From Prevotella sp. (GTDB lineage: Bacteria > Bacteroidota > Bacteroidia > Bacteroidales > Bacteroidaceae): 64,000 nucleotides of DNA. The stretch spans positions 17,030-81,029 of the forward strand of contig JAFXZU010000023.1 of NCBI GenBank assembly GCA_017541085.1, in the 5' to 3' direction. Of this stretch, positions 49,252 to 59,537 are shown piece after piece (position 1 is the first letter of the stretch; each line of letters opens with the position of its first letter). Position numbers and translations under genes: made by a program. The notes under the pieces are model-generated. The model ran no database searches. It worked only from the letters and a program-made list of their open reading frames with translations, and had not been told where the DNA came from.

Positions 49252-50730
49252 ATGGCAAAAGAACTCAAAGAACTTACAAAACGTGCTGACAACTATAGTC
49301 AGTGGTATAATGACCTCGTTGTAAAAGCCGACTTGGCAGAGCAGTCTGCAGTACGCGGATGCATGGTTATCAAGCCTTACGGCTACGCTATATGGGAGAA
49401 AATGCAGCAGCAACTTGACAAGATGTTTAAGGAGACGGGCGCACAGAACGCTTACTTCCCTCTGCTTATTCCAAAGTCTTTTCTCTCACGCGAGGCAGAA
49501 CACGTTGAGGGATTTGCCAAAGAGTGTGCTGTCGTTACACATTACCGTCTTAAGACAAACGATGCCGGTGACGGCGTAGTTGTTGACCCTGCAGCAAAAC
49601 TGGAGGAGGAGCTCATCGTTCGTCCTACATCTGAGACTATCATCTGGAACACATATAAGAACTGGATTCACTCATGGCGTGACCTGCCACTGATGTGCAA
49701 CCAGTGGTGTAATGTAATGCGTTGGGAGATGCGCACACGTCCGTTCCTCCGCACATCAGAGTTCCTGTGGCAGGAGGGACACACCGCTCATGCCACACGC
49801 GAGGAGGCTGAGCAGGAGGCACAGAAGATGCTGAAGGTTTATGCTAAGTTTGCTGAGGAGTGGATGGCAGTTCCTGTAATGCAGGGCGTCAAGAGTGAGA
49901 CAGAGCGTTTCGCCGGAGCACTCGACACTTACACCATCGAGGCTATGATGCAGGACGGAAAGGCTCTGCAGTCTGGTACCTCACACTTCCTCGGTCAGAA
50001 CTTTGCTAAGGCTTTTGACGTTACCTACCTTACAAAGGAGAATAAGCCAGAGTATGTATGGGCTACATCATGGGGCGTCTCTACTCGTCTTATCGGTGCA
50101 CTCATCATGACACACTCTGATGACAACGGTCTTGTATTGCCTCCACGCCTTGCTCCGCTGCAGGTGGTTATCATACCAATAGGCAAAGGTGAGCAGCAGG
50201 AGCAGATAGCAGAGAAGTTCCAGCCTGTCATTGACGCATTGCGCGCCAAAGGCATCAGCGTAAAATATGATGATGCAGACAACAAGCGTCCAGGCTTCAA
50301 GTTCGCTGACTATGAGCTTAAGGGTGTACCAGTGCGCGTAGTAATGGGTGGCCGCGACCTTGAGAACGGCACCGTGGAGATAATGCGTCGCGACACATTG
50401 GAGAAAGAGACTGTCAGCTTTGACGGTCTGACAGAGCGCATAGAGAACCTTCTTGAGGACATACAGCAGAACATCTTCAAGAAAGCCCTTGCCTTCCGTG
50501 ACGCTCACATCTACGAGTGTGACAACTATGAGGAGTTCAAGGAGAAGGTAAAAGACGGCGGTTTCTTCCTCTGCCACTGGGACGGCACAGCCGAGACCGA
50601 GGCTAAGATAAAAGAAGATACACAGGCCACCATACGTTGCGTACCATTTGCCTTCGAGCAGACACCAGGCGTTGACATGGTGACAGGCAAGCCTTCTAAG
50701 TGCCGCGTACTCATAGCTCGCAGCTATTAA
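49252..50730 (+). CDS. proS: Proline--tRNA ligase (eukaryote/archaea-type)
   Basis: [44 protein letters not shown] motifs; C-terminal ARSY. Confidence 0.98.
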   Translation: MAKELKELTKRADNYSQWYNDLVVKADLAEQSAVRGCMVIKPYGYAIWEKMQQQLDKMFKETGAQNAYFPLLIPKSFLSREAEHVEGFAKECAVVTHYRLKTNDAGDGVVVDPAAKLEEELIVRPTSETIIWNTYKNWIHSWRDLPLMCNQWCNVMRWEMRTRPFLRTSEFLWQEGHTAHATREEAEQEAQKMLKVYAKFAEEWMAVPVMQGVKSETERFAGALDTYTIEAMMQDGKALQSGTSHFLGQNFAKAFDVTYLTKENKPEYVWATSWGVSTRLIGALIMTHSDDNGLVLPPRLAPLQVVIIPIGKGEQQEQIAEKFQPVIDALRAKGISVKYDDADNKRPGFKFADYELKGVPVRVVMGGRDLENGTVEIMRRDTLEKETVSFDGLTERIENLLEDIQQNIFKKALAFRDAHIYECDNYEEFKEKVKDGGFFLCHWDGTAETEAKIKEDTQATIRCVPFAFEQTPGVDMVTGKPSKCRVLIARSY

Positions 50731-50779
50731 TCAACGTACGCAGTTACTAATTACCATATATGATTCATCATTATTCATC

Positions 50780-50959
50780 ATGAGCACATCAAGTCACAGC
50801 CATCACCATAGTGAAAAAAACACGACAGCCTTCCGTACGAAGATGCGGAAACGCAGACGCAACAAACGATTACTTACATCTATACTGTGGTGGTCTCTTG
50901 TCATCATTGCTGCAACTATGTTTCTTGCAATGATTGCCTCATATATGATAGGGAACTAA
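50780..50959 (+). CDS. Small His-rich/basic single-TM protein (59 aa)
   Basis: MSTSSHSHHHSEKNTTAFRTKMRKRRRNKRLLTSILWWSLVIIAATMFLAMIASYMIGN; fills the proS-aquaporin gap and is below the ORF-track cutoff. Confidence 0.7.
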   Translation: MSTSSHSHHHSEKNTTAFRTKMRKRRRNKRLLTSILWWSLVIIAATMFLAMIASYMIGN

Positions 50960-51010
50960 ACATAACTGTTTACATAAACCAATTTTACTAACTCTAAAAA
51001 ACAAAGAACT

Positions 51011-51700
51011 ATGAAAAAGTACATTGCAGAAGCAATCGGCACATTCGTGCTTACGTTCCTCGGTTGTGGTGCAGCCGTATCACTTGGATGCGCAGAAGAC
51101 AACACTGCAGCCGTTGTAGGCACAGCAATTGCCTTTGGTCTGGCTGTAGTAGCTATGGCCTACACTATCGGTGGCATCTCTGGTTGCCACATCAATCCAG
51201 CCATTACCCTTGGCGTTCTTGTCTCTGGTCGCATGAGTGTTAAGGATGCATGTGGTTACTGGTGCGGACAACTCATCGGTGGTATTGTCGCAGGTGCTGT
51301 CCTGGCTGCCATCTATTGCTGCACAAGTGGCTTAGGTGCTAATGGCATCGGCGCCGGATGCAACGGCAGTGTTACTACCGCTCTCATTGTAGAGATAATA
51401 CTGACATGTCTTTTTGTCCTCGTAGTCCTGGGTACCACAGACTCTAAGGTTGGTGCAGGCAACTTTGCCGGACTTGCTATCGGTCTGTCACTGATACTCA
51501 TCCACCTCGTAGGCATTCACTTCACTGGCACCAGCGTCAACCCAGCACGCTCTATCGGTCCTGCTATCTTTGCCGGTGGCGAGGCTCTCAGCAATGTATG
51601 GGTATTCATCGTCGGTCCTTTGGTAGGCGGTGTTCTGGCAGCATGCATCTGGAAGGCTGTCGGTCCTTGCTGCTGCTGCTGCAAGAAAGACGAGGAGTAA
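51011..51700 (+). CDS. Aquaporin (MIP family)
   Basis: AEAIGTF, SGCHINPA and SVNPARS motifs. Confidence 0.95.
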   Translation: MKKYIAEAIGTFVLTFLGCGAAVSLGCAEDNTAAVVGTAIAFGLAVVAMAYTIGGISGCHINPAITLGVLVSGRMSVKDACGYWCGQLIGGIVAGAVLAAIYCCTSGLGANGIGAGCNGSVTTALIVEIILTCLFVLVVLGTTDSKVGAGNFAGLAIGLSLILIHLVGIHFTGTSVNPARSIGPAIFAGGEALSNVWVFIVGPLVGGVLAACIWKAVGPCCCCCKKDEE

Positions 51701-51758
51701 TAAAGAAATAAGACAAAGATAAGAAGTAAACCTCGGTTTACACATTCATGACATAAGA

Positions 51759-51799
51759 TACTGGTTACGACGTCTCATCGTTGTAACCAGTATTTTTTT
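51759..51799. terminator. Bidirectional terminator
   Basis: TACTGGTTACGACG...CGTTGTAACCAGTA followed by TTTTTTT, between convergent genes. Confidence 0.8.
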
Positions 51800-51810
51800 A
51801 GGCGTATAGT

Positions 51811-52125
51811 TTATAACACACACTCCATGGCATAGACAATGACACAGCAGAGCACAGCCACAGGAAACAGTCCCATGCCAAACCACGCTGCAACAATGCC
51901 TGCAAGCAATGCAACCACACCAGCCAACGGGTTTTCTGTCGCCTCTACTATTGCAGGGAATGTCATTACAGCAAGCGTCACATACGGCACATAATAAAGG
52001 AAGCTGCGTACAAAGCGATTCTTGATACGTCCCTTTATCAGCACCATCGGCAGCACACGTATAAAGTTGGTGGTGACTATAGCCAACAGCATATATATAA
52101 TAATGTTACCCCTCATCATCATCAA
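51811..52125 (-). CDS. azlD: AzlD family branched-chain amino acid exporter subunit
   Basis: IRVLP...FVRSFLYYVPYVTLAVMTFP; overlaps azlC. Confidence 0.88.
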   Translation of the reverse strand: MMMMRGNIIIYMLLAIVTTNFIRVLPMVLIKGRIKNRFVRSFLYYVPYVTLAVMTFPAIVEATENPLAGVVALLAGIVAAWFGMGLFPVAVLCCVIVYAMECVL

Positions 52126-52846
52126 ATTTTACAGGACGCAGCCATGCTACGACAGCCGATATCACTATTGTCAATAATATTATACGCATGCCCTGACTCA
52201 CCTCACTCACTACAGGCAACACTGCACACAGTGCACTGCATACACAACTTGCTATAAGCGCACCCATCACATTACGGTCACGTCTTGCCGGCGGTACTAT
52301 GATAGCGAGGAACATTCCATACAATGACACTCCAAGGGCCGACACTATGTTATGTGGCAACACGCCACCTGCCACAATACCTGCGGCACACCCCGACGCC
52401 CAGAACAAAGTAGATATAAGCGCAGCAGAATATGTATATACCGGCGGTGTATGTCCCTCATGGGCGATAGATATGCCAAACACCTCATCTGTGATGCAGC
52501 ATGCCATCAGTAAGCGCTTTAGCAGTGACGTGCCCGGTGCAATCTTCTGAGACAATGCGGCACTCATCAACAGATAACGCAAGTTAGTGACAAGACTCAT
52601 TGCCACCACCTCCACATATCCGGCGCTCAGTGCCACAAGCGTATATACACCATACTCTCCTGCTGAAGCACGCGTAAAGAAACTTGTTATAAATCCCTGT
52701 ACAGCCGTCAGTCCTCCTCTCTTGGCTATTATGCCGAGAGAGAAAGCCACAGCGAAATATCCCAATGCTATGGGTATGCCGTCACGCAGACCACGCATCA
52801 CCTCGCTGCCATAATTATCATGCTGTATCAATTCTCCTTTCTTCAC
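52106..52846 (-). CDS. azlC: AzlC family branched-chain amino acid exporter
   Basis: GLRDGIPIALGY, NLRYLLMS, ITDEVF, LYGMFLAI motifs. Confidence 0.9.
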   Translation of the reverse strand: MKKGELIQHDNYGSEVMRGLRDGIPIALGYFAVAFSLGIIAKRGGLTAVQGFITSFFTRASAGEYGVYTLVALSAGYVEVVAMSLVTNLRYLLMSAALSQKIAPGTSLLKRLLMACCITDEVFGISIAHEGHTPPVYTYSAALISTLFWASGCAAGIVAGGVLPHNIVSALGVSLYGMFLAIIVPPARRDRNVMGALIASCVCSALCAVLPVVSEVSQGMRIILLTIVISAVVAWLRPVKFDDDEG

Positions 52847-52921
52847 AACCTATATATCAAAAAATGTCAAACCACAAACGGTAAACAGTAAACCTTAAAC
52901 AGTAAACAGTAAACTAAAAAC

Positions 52922-54169
52922 CTACTCCTTCCTCCATTTATTCTTTTTCGAAGCTCTGTGGGCGGCAGCAGAACTTGTCTCAGGTGCCTTGAAGTTCTCC
53001 ACATCATAGCTTTTCTGCTTCACTGACGATACAATCTTTTTCCCTGAATGCAGTGCGTCACGGTATGATGCATAACGCTCCATTATCATATCTACATAAG
53101 CAGCAGTCTCCGAACCTCTCATATATCCGTTCCTAACCACTGCATCACGATAGTAACGTGAGTCTGCCAACAACAGCACATATCGTCTTACATCATTCCA
53201 CCTCTGTGCAGAACCGCCATACTTCCCTGCCAGAGCCATAGCATCACGTATATGGTGATATCCTCCGTTATATGCTGCCAGTGCGAACTTCTGTCTCTCC
53301 ACAGGGTTTGCCACATCACGGAACAGTCCCTGCAACTCACGCATATAACGTGCCGCAGCAGCTATATTAGGCTCCGGCTCATACATCTGTCCACGCGGCA
53401 AAGCCAGATGGTCTGCCGTGGCAGGCATAATCTGCATCAGACCACATGCGCCAGCCCATGAATGTGCCTTCGGGTCGAAGCATGACTCCTGATAACACTG
53501 CGCCGCCATCATCACCCAGTCCATGCCAGCCACTGCCGCATACTTACGGAAGAATATGTCATAACTTGATATCTGTCCTTTCGTGGCTGACAACATAACA
53601 GGATATATCCTGCGTGTCACTGTCGGCATCGACAGCAATACCTGCTCCTCCTTCTTTACCTCAGCCATCATCCCCGACTTATACCATGCCGTTATCGCCG
53701 CCGTAAGGTCCCTACTGTCCTTACGTGTCAGCCATCCGGCGGCACATGACACGAAGTCCGCGCACTTGGCACCCGTCATAGGATATGCGATAATATCTCC
53801 TTCCCCGTCACTCAGGCGCTTGAGCATCTCTGTAGTATCCCTGCACACGTCAACTCTCAACTTGACATGCAGATGCTCAGCCAGTTTCTCACACAACAAG
53901 TAATGCGCACCCATACTCTTACCATGATAGTCATAGTAAGTCTCAGGTCCTGACAGTGTGAGCATTATCATCTCCCCACCCTGTTGTATATCCTCAAGTG
54001 AATAGTGAGCGTCAGCAGACGATGCCGTGTCTGCATCATCTTTCTCTGTCCCCTCCATCTCCACCGTAGCACCCCACGGCGTCTCTATGGATGTCTGTCG
54101 CTCCTTACATCCATATATAATAATGAGGGAAATAACTACAAAGAAATATTTACTTACCCTCCAAAGCAT
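52922..54169 (-). CDS. MltF-like lytic transglycosylase (substrate-binding plus SLT domain)
   Basis: YQESCF, GACGLMQIMP, LAAYNGG, GSETAAYV motifs. Confidence 0.9.
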   Translation of the reverse strand: MLWRVSKYFFVVISLIIIYGCKERQTSIETPWGATVEMEGTEKDDADTASSADAHYSLEDIQQGGEMIMLTLSGPETYYDYHGKSMGAHYLLCEKLAEHLHVKLRVDVCRDTTEMLKRLSDGEGDIIAYPMTGAKCADFVSCAAGWLTRKDSRDLTAAITAWYKSGMMAEVKKEEQVLLSMPTVTRRIYPVMLSATKGQISSYDIFFRKYAAVAGMDWVMMAAQCYQESCFDPKAHSWAGACGLMQIMPATADHLALPRGQMYEPEPNIAAAARYMRELQGLFRDVANPVERQKFALAAYNGGYHHIRDAMALAGKYGGSAQRWNDVRRYVLLLADSRYYRDAVVRNGYMRGSETAAYVDMIMERYASYRDALHSGKKIVSSVKQKSYDVENFKAPETSSAAAHRASKKNKWRKE

Positions 54170-55403
54170 TAAATTCCTTTCCCTTATTGAGGTTCAGATA
54201 AGCATCATACAATATAGGATACCAACGCTGACGGTCCTCAGGCTTTTCCTTGCGATACTTCTCCATATACGGCAACAAGAGCCTGTAATACTTCTGTGCC
54301 TCCTTCATACGGTGACGATAGGGCACTCCCGTCTTCTTCAGCGTCTGCTGAGCCTTCACATTATATATATATCCTATATTATAATTCAGTATAGGCAGAG
54401 TGTCGTTTCTCTGCTGCAACAAGGAGGCATACCTCAACGCATCATCATACTTCTCCATTGACATCAGCACAGTATGCTTTGCCAACAGGAACAACCCGTT
54501 GAGAGAGTCCTTCTTCAGCGCCTCGTCCACATACTTCTCCGAGCGCACATAGTCTCCCTTCTCCGTATGGTAGTCTATCAGGCGTGGAAAGAAATACTCT
54601 GACAACGGATACAGCTTGAAGCCCTCCGTTACATATTTCACATATAAAGCGGAGTCGCCCTTTTCCAGTGACAGTTCTGACAACAACATCAGGGCATTCT
54701 CTCTCTTCACCGTGTCAGCCAGCGCCTCAGTGGAATATTTCAAAGCCTTGTCAAGGTCGGGTATCTCCTTGGCCGACACCACTGACAGATAAGCCACCTT
54801 CCTGTCGTCCACCGAGTCATTCTTCTGGTCAGCAAACATCTTCCAGTTTCGTGACTCCAGATACACGTCGAAGCACTGCCATGCCTCTGCCCACTCCTTG
54901 TGTTTCAGGAAGTATATGCCTCCCTTCTTAATGTTCTCCCTGTACGGTGCGAGAAACGCGCCGTGCTTCTTTCTATATGATGGTTCTGAGACTCCTTTCT
55001 CGTTAGGCTTCGCATCCAGACTGTCAAACTTCTCCATCGTGAGAAACATTCTGCGCCCGGTCCTTACATACCAGGCAGTGTCCACCTTTTGTTTCAGATA
55101 CATTTTCTCATTCCCAGCCTCATACTGTTTCCTTATCAGGTCTATCAGCAGGAGGTATAAGTCTTTCCTCTCCCTGTACTCATCCTGAGACAGATATTTA
55201 GCTATCGTCTGCTCACTCTTCTCCAGCGCACTCAGCTTTCTCTGTGCGTTATTGTCGTTCTTCTCCATGTCCACGGCATTCTTTATCGCATCCTTTGCCG
55301 ATGCGATATCCGCCTTCAACTGCTTTATCTGTTTCTTGTCAGCTCCGTAGGCACCGACAATGACAGAAGCAATAAGGATAAACAGAACTACAATCTTACG
55401 CAT
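54150..55403 (-). CDS. Secreted TPR-repeat protein
   Basis: Signal peptide, helical repeats, GNEKMYLKQKVDT, W...LY..YLNLNKGKEF; typical gyrA-downstream gene. Confidence 0.75.
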   Translation of the reverse strand: MRKIVVLFILIASVIVGAYGADKKQIKQLKADIASAKDAIKNAVDMEKNDNNAQRKLSALEKSEQTIAKYLSQDEYRERKDLYLLLIDLIRKQYEAGNEKMYLKQKVDTAWYVRTGRRMFLTMEKFDSLDAKPNEKGVSEPSYRKKHGAFLAPYRENIKKGGIYFLKHKEWAEAWQCFDVYLESRNWKMFADQKNDSVDDRKVAYLSVVSAKEIPDLDKALKYSTEALADTVKRENALMLLSELSLEKGDSALYVKYVTEGFKLYPLSEYFFPRLIDYHTEKGDYVRSEKYVDEALKKDSLNGLFLLAKHTVLMSMEKYDDALRYASLLQQRNDTLPILNYNIGYIYNVKAQQTLKKTGVPYRHRMKEAQKYYRLLLPYMEKYRKEKPEDRQRWYPILYDAYLNLNKGKEFNALEGK

Positions 55404-55497
55404 ATCACCTATTTTTATTCAAACGTTGAGAACAGGGCATCAGCCCGGTTCCCAACGTTTTTCTATTAAGTCACAATAATACTTTCGTTACAAATAC

Positions 55498-56658
55498 TTA
55501 CTCACCGAGCAGCTTAGATATCTCGTCAGCCTTATCCTTCTGACCTAATCTGGTATAAAGGCTGCGCAACTGTATTGGCCAGTTATACACCTTCTCGTGG
55601 TTAGGATCAAGCTCTCTTACCTTCTCATAAGCAGCTACTGCACCATCCAGAGCAGCCTTGAAGTTAACGAGGTTATCTCCCAGCACTCTGCCATTCTTGT
55701 CTGCGTGGTTGATCTCTATCTCCGCTGCCTTGTTGGTGTAGCATACTGCAAGAGCCTCCCAGCCAGATACGAACTCTGGGTCAACCTCTACTACCTTCTT
55801 GTAGTCCTCGATAGCCTCATCAAATTTCTTCTCCTCGCTGAACATTGTGCCACGTACCAGGTAAGCCACCTTAGTGTTCTTGTTTTCAGCGATAGCCTTG
55901 CTTATCATAGAGTTCACCTCATCCTTCTCACCTATGTAATAGTTGAGGAGGCAGATTTGCTGGAAGTACTTGTCAGCATTGAGCTCCTTCAGCGCGTTGA
56001 TATAGTTTACGGTGTCCTGCTTGCTGTTCAGGTCACGACCAATGCAGCTGAGATAAATCTGCTCTGCATTATCTGACACACGGTCATCAGGCAGGGCAGC
56101 CTTGGCATACTTAGCGGCGCTCTGAAAGTCCTGCTTCTGGTAATAGCTTACGCAAGCGAAGAAAGAAGACAAAGCCACATAAGGGTCCTCACCCTTCACT
56201 ACACCCTCAAGGCTCTTTGGGTTGGCGCTGTTTATGTAGGTAAGGCTGTAAAGGAGCTTGTCGTCAAGGTCTGACGTCTGGTTAGCGGCATTGACAAGCT
56301 GAGGTCTGTAGTTCATCATCTCAATGTTCGCTTCCTTGGCGTTCTTGGCATTGAACTTATCACACATAGCAGCCATCTCCACAGCGTTGGCTATAGCCTT
56401 GTAGTCCACCTCTGCAGTCTTGTTCTCCTCCAGGGCCTGAGCGCTCTTCTGTGCTGCAGGCAGAGCGAGCTTATAGAGCTCAGCATAAGCCTGTCCCTTC
56501 TGCTCCTCTGTCAGAGTACCCATCTGCTGCTGCAGTATCTCCTTACCGGCAACGAAGTCCTTTGTTGCCTTTATCTCCTTTGCAATTTTAGGATTGCCTT
56601 GTGCAAATGATGCGGTTACTGCTACAGCAGCCAGCATCGTCATAAAAATCTTTTTCAT
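55498..56658 (-). CDS. Secreted TPR-repeat protein
   Basis: Signal peptide; clear TPRs (AYLVRG...FDEAIEDYKKVVEVDP, YEKVRELDP). Confidence 0.85.
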   Translation of the reverse strand: MKKIFMTMLAAVAVTASFAQGNPKIAKEIKATKDFVAGKEILQQQMGTLTEEQKGQAYAELYKLALPAAQKSAQALEENKTAEVDYKAIANAVEMAAMCDKFNAKNAKEANIEMMNYRPQLVNAANQTSDLDDKLLYSLTYINSANPKSLEGVVKGEDPYVALSSFFACVSYYQKQDFQSAAKYAKAALPDDRVSDNAEQIYLSCIGRDLNSKQDTVNYINALKELNADKYFQQICLLNYYIGEKDEVNSMISKAIAENKNTKVAYLVRGTMFSEEKKFDEAIEDYKKVVEVDPEFVSGWEALAVCYTNKAAEIEINHADKNGRVLGDNLVNFKAALDGAVAAYEKVRELDPNHEKVYNWPIQLRSLYTRLGQKDKADEISKLLGE

Positions 56659-56727
56659 AATTGTTTATTCACAGTTGTTAGTTTAATCATTATTTTGACG
56701 TATCAACGACCAAAACGTTGAATGCGC

Positions 56728-59298
56728 TTACTCCACATTATTATTTGTCTCGTCAGCCTCGTCCTGTTCCTCCACGTCCTCATGCGGCACTACGCATACG
56801 CTGGCTATCTCCTCGCCGCGCTTCTTCAGCTCTATGAGTTTCACGCCCTGCGTGTTGCGTCCCTTCTCGCCACCCGTGTCGGTGATGGCAAAGCGTATAG
56901 CTATGCCGCTCTTGTTTATAATCATAAGGTCCTCGTCGCCCTTCACACACTTCACAGCCACCACCTTGCCGGTCTTGTCTGTCACGTTCAGTGTGTTGAC
57001 GCCCTTCGAACCGCGCTTGCTCAGTCTGTAGCCGCCGTCTTCCACCTTCATATAGGTGGTGCCGTCCTCGCGCTTGGTCTCTGTCAGCACGCCTATCTTA
57101 GAGCGCTTGCCGAAGCCCTTCTCTGATACTACCATGAGTGACTGCTCTGGGTCGTAAGCCACAACCATCTCTATCACAGCATCGTCATCGCCCTGCAGCG
57201 TCATGCCGCGCACACCGGTAGCCAGACGGCTCATCACTCTCACGTCGGTCTCGTTGAAGCGCACTGCCTTACCGTTACGGCTGGCAAGTATCAGCTCGTT
57301 ATGTCCGTTAGTGAGCATTACGTTAACCACGTCGTCATCCTCCCTGATGTTGATGGCACGTACGCCGAGTGAGCGAGGACGTGAGAACTCCTTCAGGCAG
57401 GTACGCTTCACCACGCCGTTCTTGGTGGCGAACACCACGAAGTGGCTGTTGAGGAACTCCTCATCCACGAACTTATGGCTCTGTATGCCGAGGAAAGCGT
57501 TCACGCCGTCATCTGGCTCCAGCTGCAACATATTCTGTATGGCACGTCCCTTTGAGTCACGTGCTCCCTCTGGTATCTCGAAACAGCGCTGCCAGTACAC
57601 ACGTCCCTTGCGGGTAAAGAAGAGTATCATGTCATGTGCATCAGCCGCATACATATACTCTGTGAAGTCCTGCTCGCGTGTCCTGCTGCCGCGTGTACCC
57701 GTACCGCCACGGCTCTGTGCGCGGAAGTCGGTCTGCAGCGTACGCTTAATATATCCCAGGTGGCTCATGGTGATAACCACAGGGTCGTTGGCATAGAACT
57801 GCTCAGGGTTAAACTCTGCATTAGAGAGCTTTATCTGTGTGCGGCGCTCGTCGCCGTATTTCGCCTTCACCTCCTGCAGCTCGTCCTTCATCACCTTCTT
57901 ACACAGCTCAGGGTCCTCAAGTATCTGCTGCAAGTATGCAATGAATTTCTCCAACTCCACATACTCGTTACGCAGCTCTTCCACACGCAGGCCTGTCAAC
58001 TGTCCGAGGCGCATATCCACGATGGCACTTGACTGCAGCTCGTCAATATTGAAGCGCTCCTCCAAACTGCGTTTTGCGTCGGTCGGAGTCTTTGATGCCT
58101 TTATAATCTGCACCACCTCGTCAATATTGTCCACGGCAATTATCAAGCCCTCAAGTATATGGGCGCGAGCCTCAGCCTTGCGCTTCTCAAACTTGGTGCG
58201 GCGTATTGTCACGTCATGACGGTGCTCCACGAAGTACTTTATGCAGTCCTTCAGTGTCAGCAGACGTGGACGTCCCTTCACCAGCGCAATGCAGTTAACA
58301 GAGAACGAACTCTGCAGCGCCGTCATCTTGAACAGTTTGTTCAGTATCACGTTGGCATTAGCGTCACGCTTCACGTCAACCACGATACGCATACCCTGAC
58401 GGCCCGTCTCGTCGTTCACGTTGGATATACCCTCCAGCTTACCCTCCTTCACGAGGTCGGCGATGTTCTCTATCAACTGCGCCTTGTTCACGCCGTAAGG
58501 TATCTCTGTCACCACAATCTTGTCATGCGCCTCGCCTGACTCTATCTCAGCCTTCGCACGTATCACGATACGTCCGCGACCGGTCTCGTAGGCATCCTTT
58601 ACGCCCTGTATACCATATATATATGCACCTGTAGGGAAGTCTGGCGCCTTCACATACTGCATCAGGCCGTCAGTATCTATCTCTGGGTTATCTATGTATG
58701 CACAGCAGCCGTCTATCACCTCTCCCAGGTTGTGGGTAGGTATGTTTGTAGCCATACCCACGGCAATACCGTTACCACCGTTAACCAGCAGGTTAGGTAT
58801 CTTGGTAGGCATCACTGTAGGCTCCTGCAGCGAGTCGTCAAAGTTGTTCATCATGTCAACCGTCTCTTTCTCCAGGTCGTCCATGATGTGCTCACCCATC
58901 TTGCTCAGTCGGCACTCGGTGTAACGCATGGCTGCAGCAGAGTCGCCGTCAACCGAACCGAAGTTACCCTGACCGTCCACGAGCGTATAGCGCATATTCC
59001 AATCCTGCGCCAGGCGCACCAGGGCGCCATATACTGAAGAGTCGCCGTGTGGGTGATATTTACCCAGTACCTCACCTACTACACGCGCACACTTCTTGTA
59101 CGGCTGGTTGCTGGTATTGTTAATGCCGAGCATACCATAGAGTATGCGGCGGTGTACCGGCTTGAAGCCGTCACGCACATCTGGCAGTGCGCGGGCCACG
59201 ATTACGGACATTGAGTAGTCAATGTAGCTTGACTTCATCTCATCCTCGATGTTTATCTTTCTGATGCGGTCGTAATCGTACGTCTGTGTCTCATCCAT
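56728..59298 (-). CDS. gyrA: DNA gyrase subunit A
   Basis: RALPDVRDG, YHPHGDS, AAMRYTE, GIAVGMAT motifs; GyrA-box-like QSRGGTG. Confidence 0.98.
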   Translation of the reverse strand: MDETQTYDYDRIRKINIEDEMKSSYIDYSMSVIVARALPDVRDGFKPVHRRILYGMLGINNTSNQPYKKCARVVGEVLGKYHPHGDSSVYGALVRLAQDWNMRYTLVDGQGNFGSVDGDSAAAMRYTECRLSKMGEHIMDDLEKETVDMMNNFDDSLQEPTVMPTKIPNLLVNGGNGIAVGMATNIPTHNLGEVIDGCCAYIDNPEIDTDGLMQYVKAPDFPTGAYIYGIQGVKDAYETGRGRIVIRAKAEIESGEAHDKIVVTEIPYGVNKAQLIENIADLVKEGKLEGISNVNDETGRQGMRIVVDVKRDANANVILNKLFKMTALQSSFSVNCIALVKGRPRLLTLKDCIKYFVEHRHDVTIRRTKFEKRKAEARAHILEGLIIAVDNIDEVVQIIKASKTPTDAKRSLEERFNIDELQSSAIVDMRLGQLTGLRVEELRNEYVELEKFIAYLQQILEDPELCKKVMKDELQEVKAKYGDERRTQIKLSNAEFNPEQFYANDPVVITMSHLGYIKRTLQTDFRAQSRGGTGTRGSRTREQDFTEYMYAADAHDMILFFTRKGRVYWQRCFEIPEGARDSKGRAIQNMLQLEPDDGVNAFLGIQSHKFVDEEFLNSHFVVFATKNGVVKRTCLKEFSRPRSLGVRAINIREDDDVVNVMLTNGHNELILASRNGKAVRFNETDVRVMSRLATGVRGMTLQGDDDAVIEMVVAYDPEQSLMVVSEKGFGKRSKIGVLTETKREDGTTYMKVEDGGYRLSKRGSKGVNTLNVTDKTGKVVAVKCVKGDEDLMIINKSGIAIRFAITDTGGEKGRNTQGVKLIELKKRGEEIASVCVVPHEDVEEQDEADETNNNVE

Positions 59299-59537
59299 TT
59301 ATTTTATACGTTTTTTAACTTCTTTCTTCTTTTTACACTTATTCTGCTCATCCCTACCCTTTTTTACGAAAATGCCCGAGAAGGGGCCAAAAACGCCCTC
59401 TGTCGCATTTTGCGCATAATATTACATTTACAAAATTAATAAAAAAAACGCTAATGAAAAAAAGTAAAGTCTTAAAAAAACATATTTTTTATTTATTTTT
59501 TGTACCTTTGCAGTCATCTAATCAATATTCTGCTATA

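Noticed and set aside
59020-59070. Quinolone-resistance change in the GyrA QRDR
   Set aside because: HGDSSVY retains the serine at the key position.
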